Assembly: GCF_044704955.1 (NCBI RefSeq)
Contig: NC_091999.1
Span: 13,888,001 to 13,952,000, forward strand
Direction: 5' to 3'
Length of the DNA stretch: 64,000 bases
Source: Pristiophorus japonicus
Taxonomy: Eukaryota
Each line of letters begins with the position of its first letter. The stretch's first letter is position 1. The notes beneath the pieces were generated by a model. It saw only the letters and a program-made list of their open reading frames with translations. It made no database searches and had not been told where the DNA came from. The translations under genes were made by a program, and so were the position numbers. Of this stretch, positions 62,568 to 64,000 are shown piece by piece.

Positions 62568-62845
62568 GCCCATTTAAAACTGAGATGAGGAGGAATTTCT
62601 TCTCTCAGAAGGTGGAAATCTGTGGAATTCTCTGCCCCAGAGAGCAGTGCAGGCTGGGTCATTGAATATATTTGAGGCGGAGAAAGCCAGATTTTTGAGC
62701 GATAAGGGAGTAAACGGTTCCGGGGAGCGGGCAGAGAAGTGGAGCTGAGTCTATGATCAGACCAGCCATGATCTTATTGAATGGGAAGCAGACCCGGGAG
62801 TCCGGGTGGCCCACTCCTGCTCCTTTTTCTCATGGTCTTATGTAC
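62568..62845 (+). mobile_element. CR1 3' end
   Basis: PFKTEMRRNFFSQKV...; 3' UTR ending CTCATGGTCTTATG. Confidence 0.85.
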
Positions 62846-63265
62846 CCACCATTCCCGGCGGGGGAGAATGTGCCGCACCCAGAATACAGGAGCTCAGTGC
62901 GCAGGCACGGGCCCTGGCTGTGTTTGGAGCATGTGTGGTGCATATAATGGCGGAGGGGATGCGTTTTGGACAGCCTCCTCAGAAGTGTCCTTTTCAGCGG
63001 AGTAATGGACCAGCGGGGAGCTGGGGAGGATTGATAAACAGCCGGTACCCTCCGCAAGCCCGGAATAATAACCGGAATATCGGCGGTTACAGCTTCGAGG
63101 CTTGCTTTCGGTCACAACGGCCGTATTGGTGCAGGAAGCAGGTTCAACGCTCCGCCATGTTGATGAAGTTAGTAGCACAGCGCATGCGCGGCTATCTTGG
63201 TGCAGGAACAAAGTGAATGATGTCATGTCTGGAACTGAACCCAGCGAGACTCAGTACCTTCAGGG
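62825..63265. promoter_or_regulatory. CpG-rich promoter-like module B (inverted paralog of module A)
   Basis: GCGCATGCGC at 63180-63189, CCGCCATGTT (YY1 core) at 63152-63161, CAGGAAG; ends in a partial 54-bp unit. Confidence 0.55.
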
Positions 63266-63267
63266 GA

Positions 63268-64000
63268 AACATAGAAACATAGAAAATAGGTGCAGGAGTA
63301 GGCCACTCGGCCCTTGTAGCCTGCACCGCCATTCAATGAGTTCATGGCTGAACATGCAACTTCAGTACCCCATTCCTGCTTTCTCGCCATACCTCTTGAT
63401 CCCCCTAGTAGTAAGGACTTCATCAAACTCCTTTTTGAATATATTTAGTGAATTGGCCTCAACAACTTTCTGTGGTAGAGAATTCCACAGGTTCACCACT
63501 CTCTGGGTGAAGAAGTTTCTCCTCATCTCGGTCCTAAATGGCTTACCCCTTATCCTTAGACTGTGACCCCTGGTTCTGGACTTCCCCAACATCGGGAACA
63601 TTCTTCCTGCATCTAACCTGTCTAAACCCATCAGAATTTTAAACGTTTCTATGAGGTCCCCTCTCATTCTTCTGAACTCCAGTGAATACAAGCCCAGTTG
63701 ATCCAGTCTTTCTTGATAGGTCAGTCCCACCATCCCGGGAATCAGTCTGGTGAACCTTCGCTGCACTCCCTCAATAGCAAGAATGTCCTTCCTCAAGTTA
63801 GGAGACCAAAACTGTACACAATACTCCAGGTGTGGCCTCACCAAGGCCCTGCACAACTGTAGTAACACCTCCCTGCCCCTGTCCTCAAATCCCCTTGCTA
63901 TGAAGGCCAATATGCCATTTGCTTTCTAAACCGCCTGCTGTACCTGCATGCCAACCTTCAATGACTGATGTACCATGACACCCAGGTCTCTTTGCACCTC
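63268..64000 (-). mobile_element. Young CR1 LINE 3' end (runs off the window)
   Basis: (AAACATAG)n tail; ORF 63362-63910 is nearly identical to 12535-13134 and 57100-57735. Confidence 0.95.

Overview
This is vertebrate genomic DNA from a cartilaginous fish (shark-type IgM, CR1 and satellite families); the species cannot be fixed from the sequence. In order along the window: (1) the intact 3' end of an IgM heavy-chain gene (end of Cmu3, Cmu4 plus secretory tailpiece, TM1, TM2); (2) a repeat-dense block with three different LTR/ERV-like remnants, recognised by tRNA primer-binding sites (Arg, Ser-CGA, Ser-AGA), the last carrying an env-like remnant; (3) a 2-kb polypyrimidine tract; (4) a two-exon GPR139-like GPCR pseudogene; (5) a decaying tandem tRNA array (Leu-TAA / LF-SINE-like / Ser-AGA / Asp-GTC, unit about 2.4 kb); (6) an intact 9-finger C2H2 zinc-finger ORF on the minus strand with no visible effector domain; (7) two inverted paralogous CpG-rich NRF1/YY1 promoter-like modules, each next to a 54-bp minisatellite. 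Roughly half the window is CR1 LINE (several young, near full length) plus RTE, L2 and Tx1-like fragments. Most ORFs in the track are antisense LINE frames or low-complexity artefacts. I see no clearly novel biological system. The best leads are the ERV remnants with an F-protein-like env and a structured RNA element, a possible alternative IgM cytoplasmic tail, and the ZNF promoter/minisatellite module. Family assignments come from remembered consensus sequences, not database searches.
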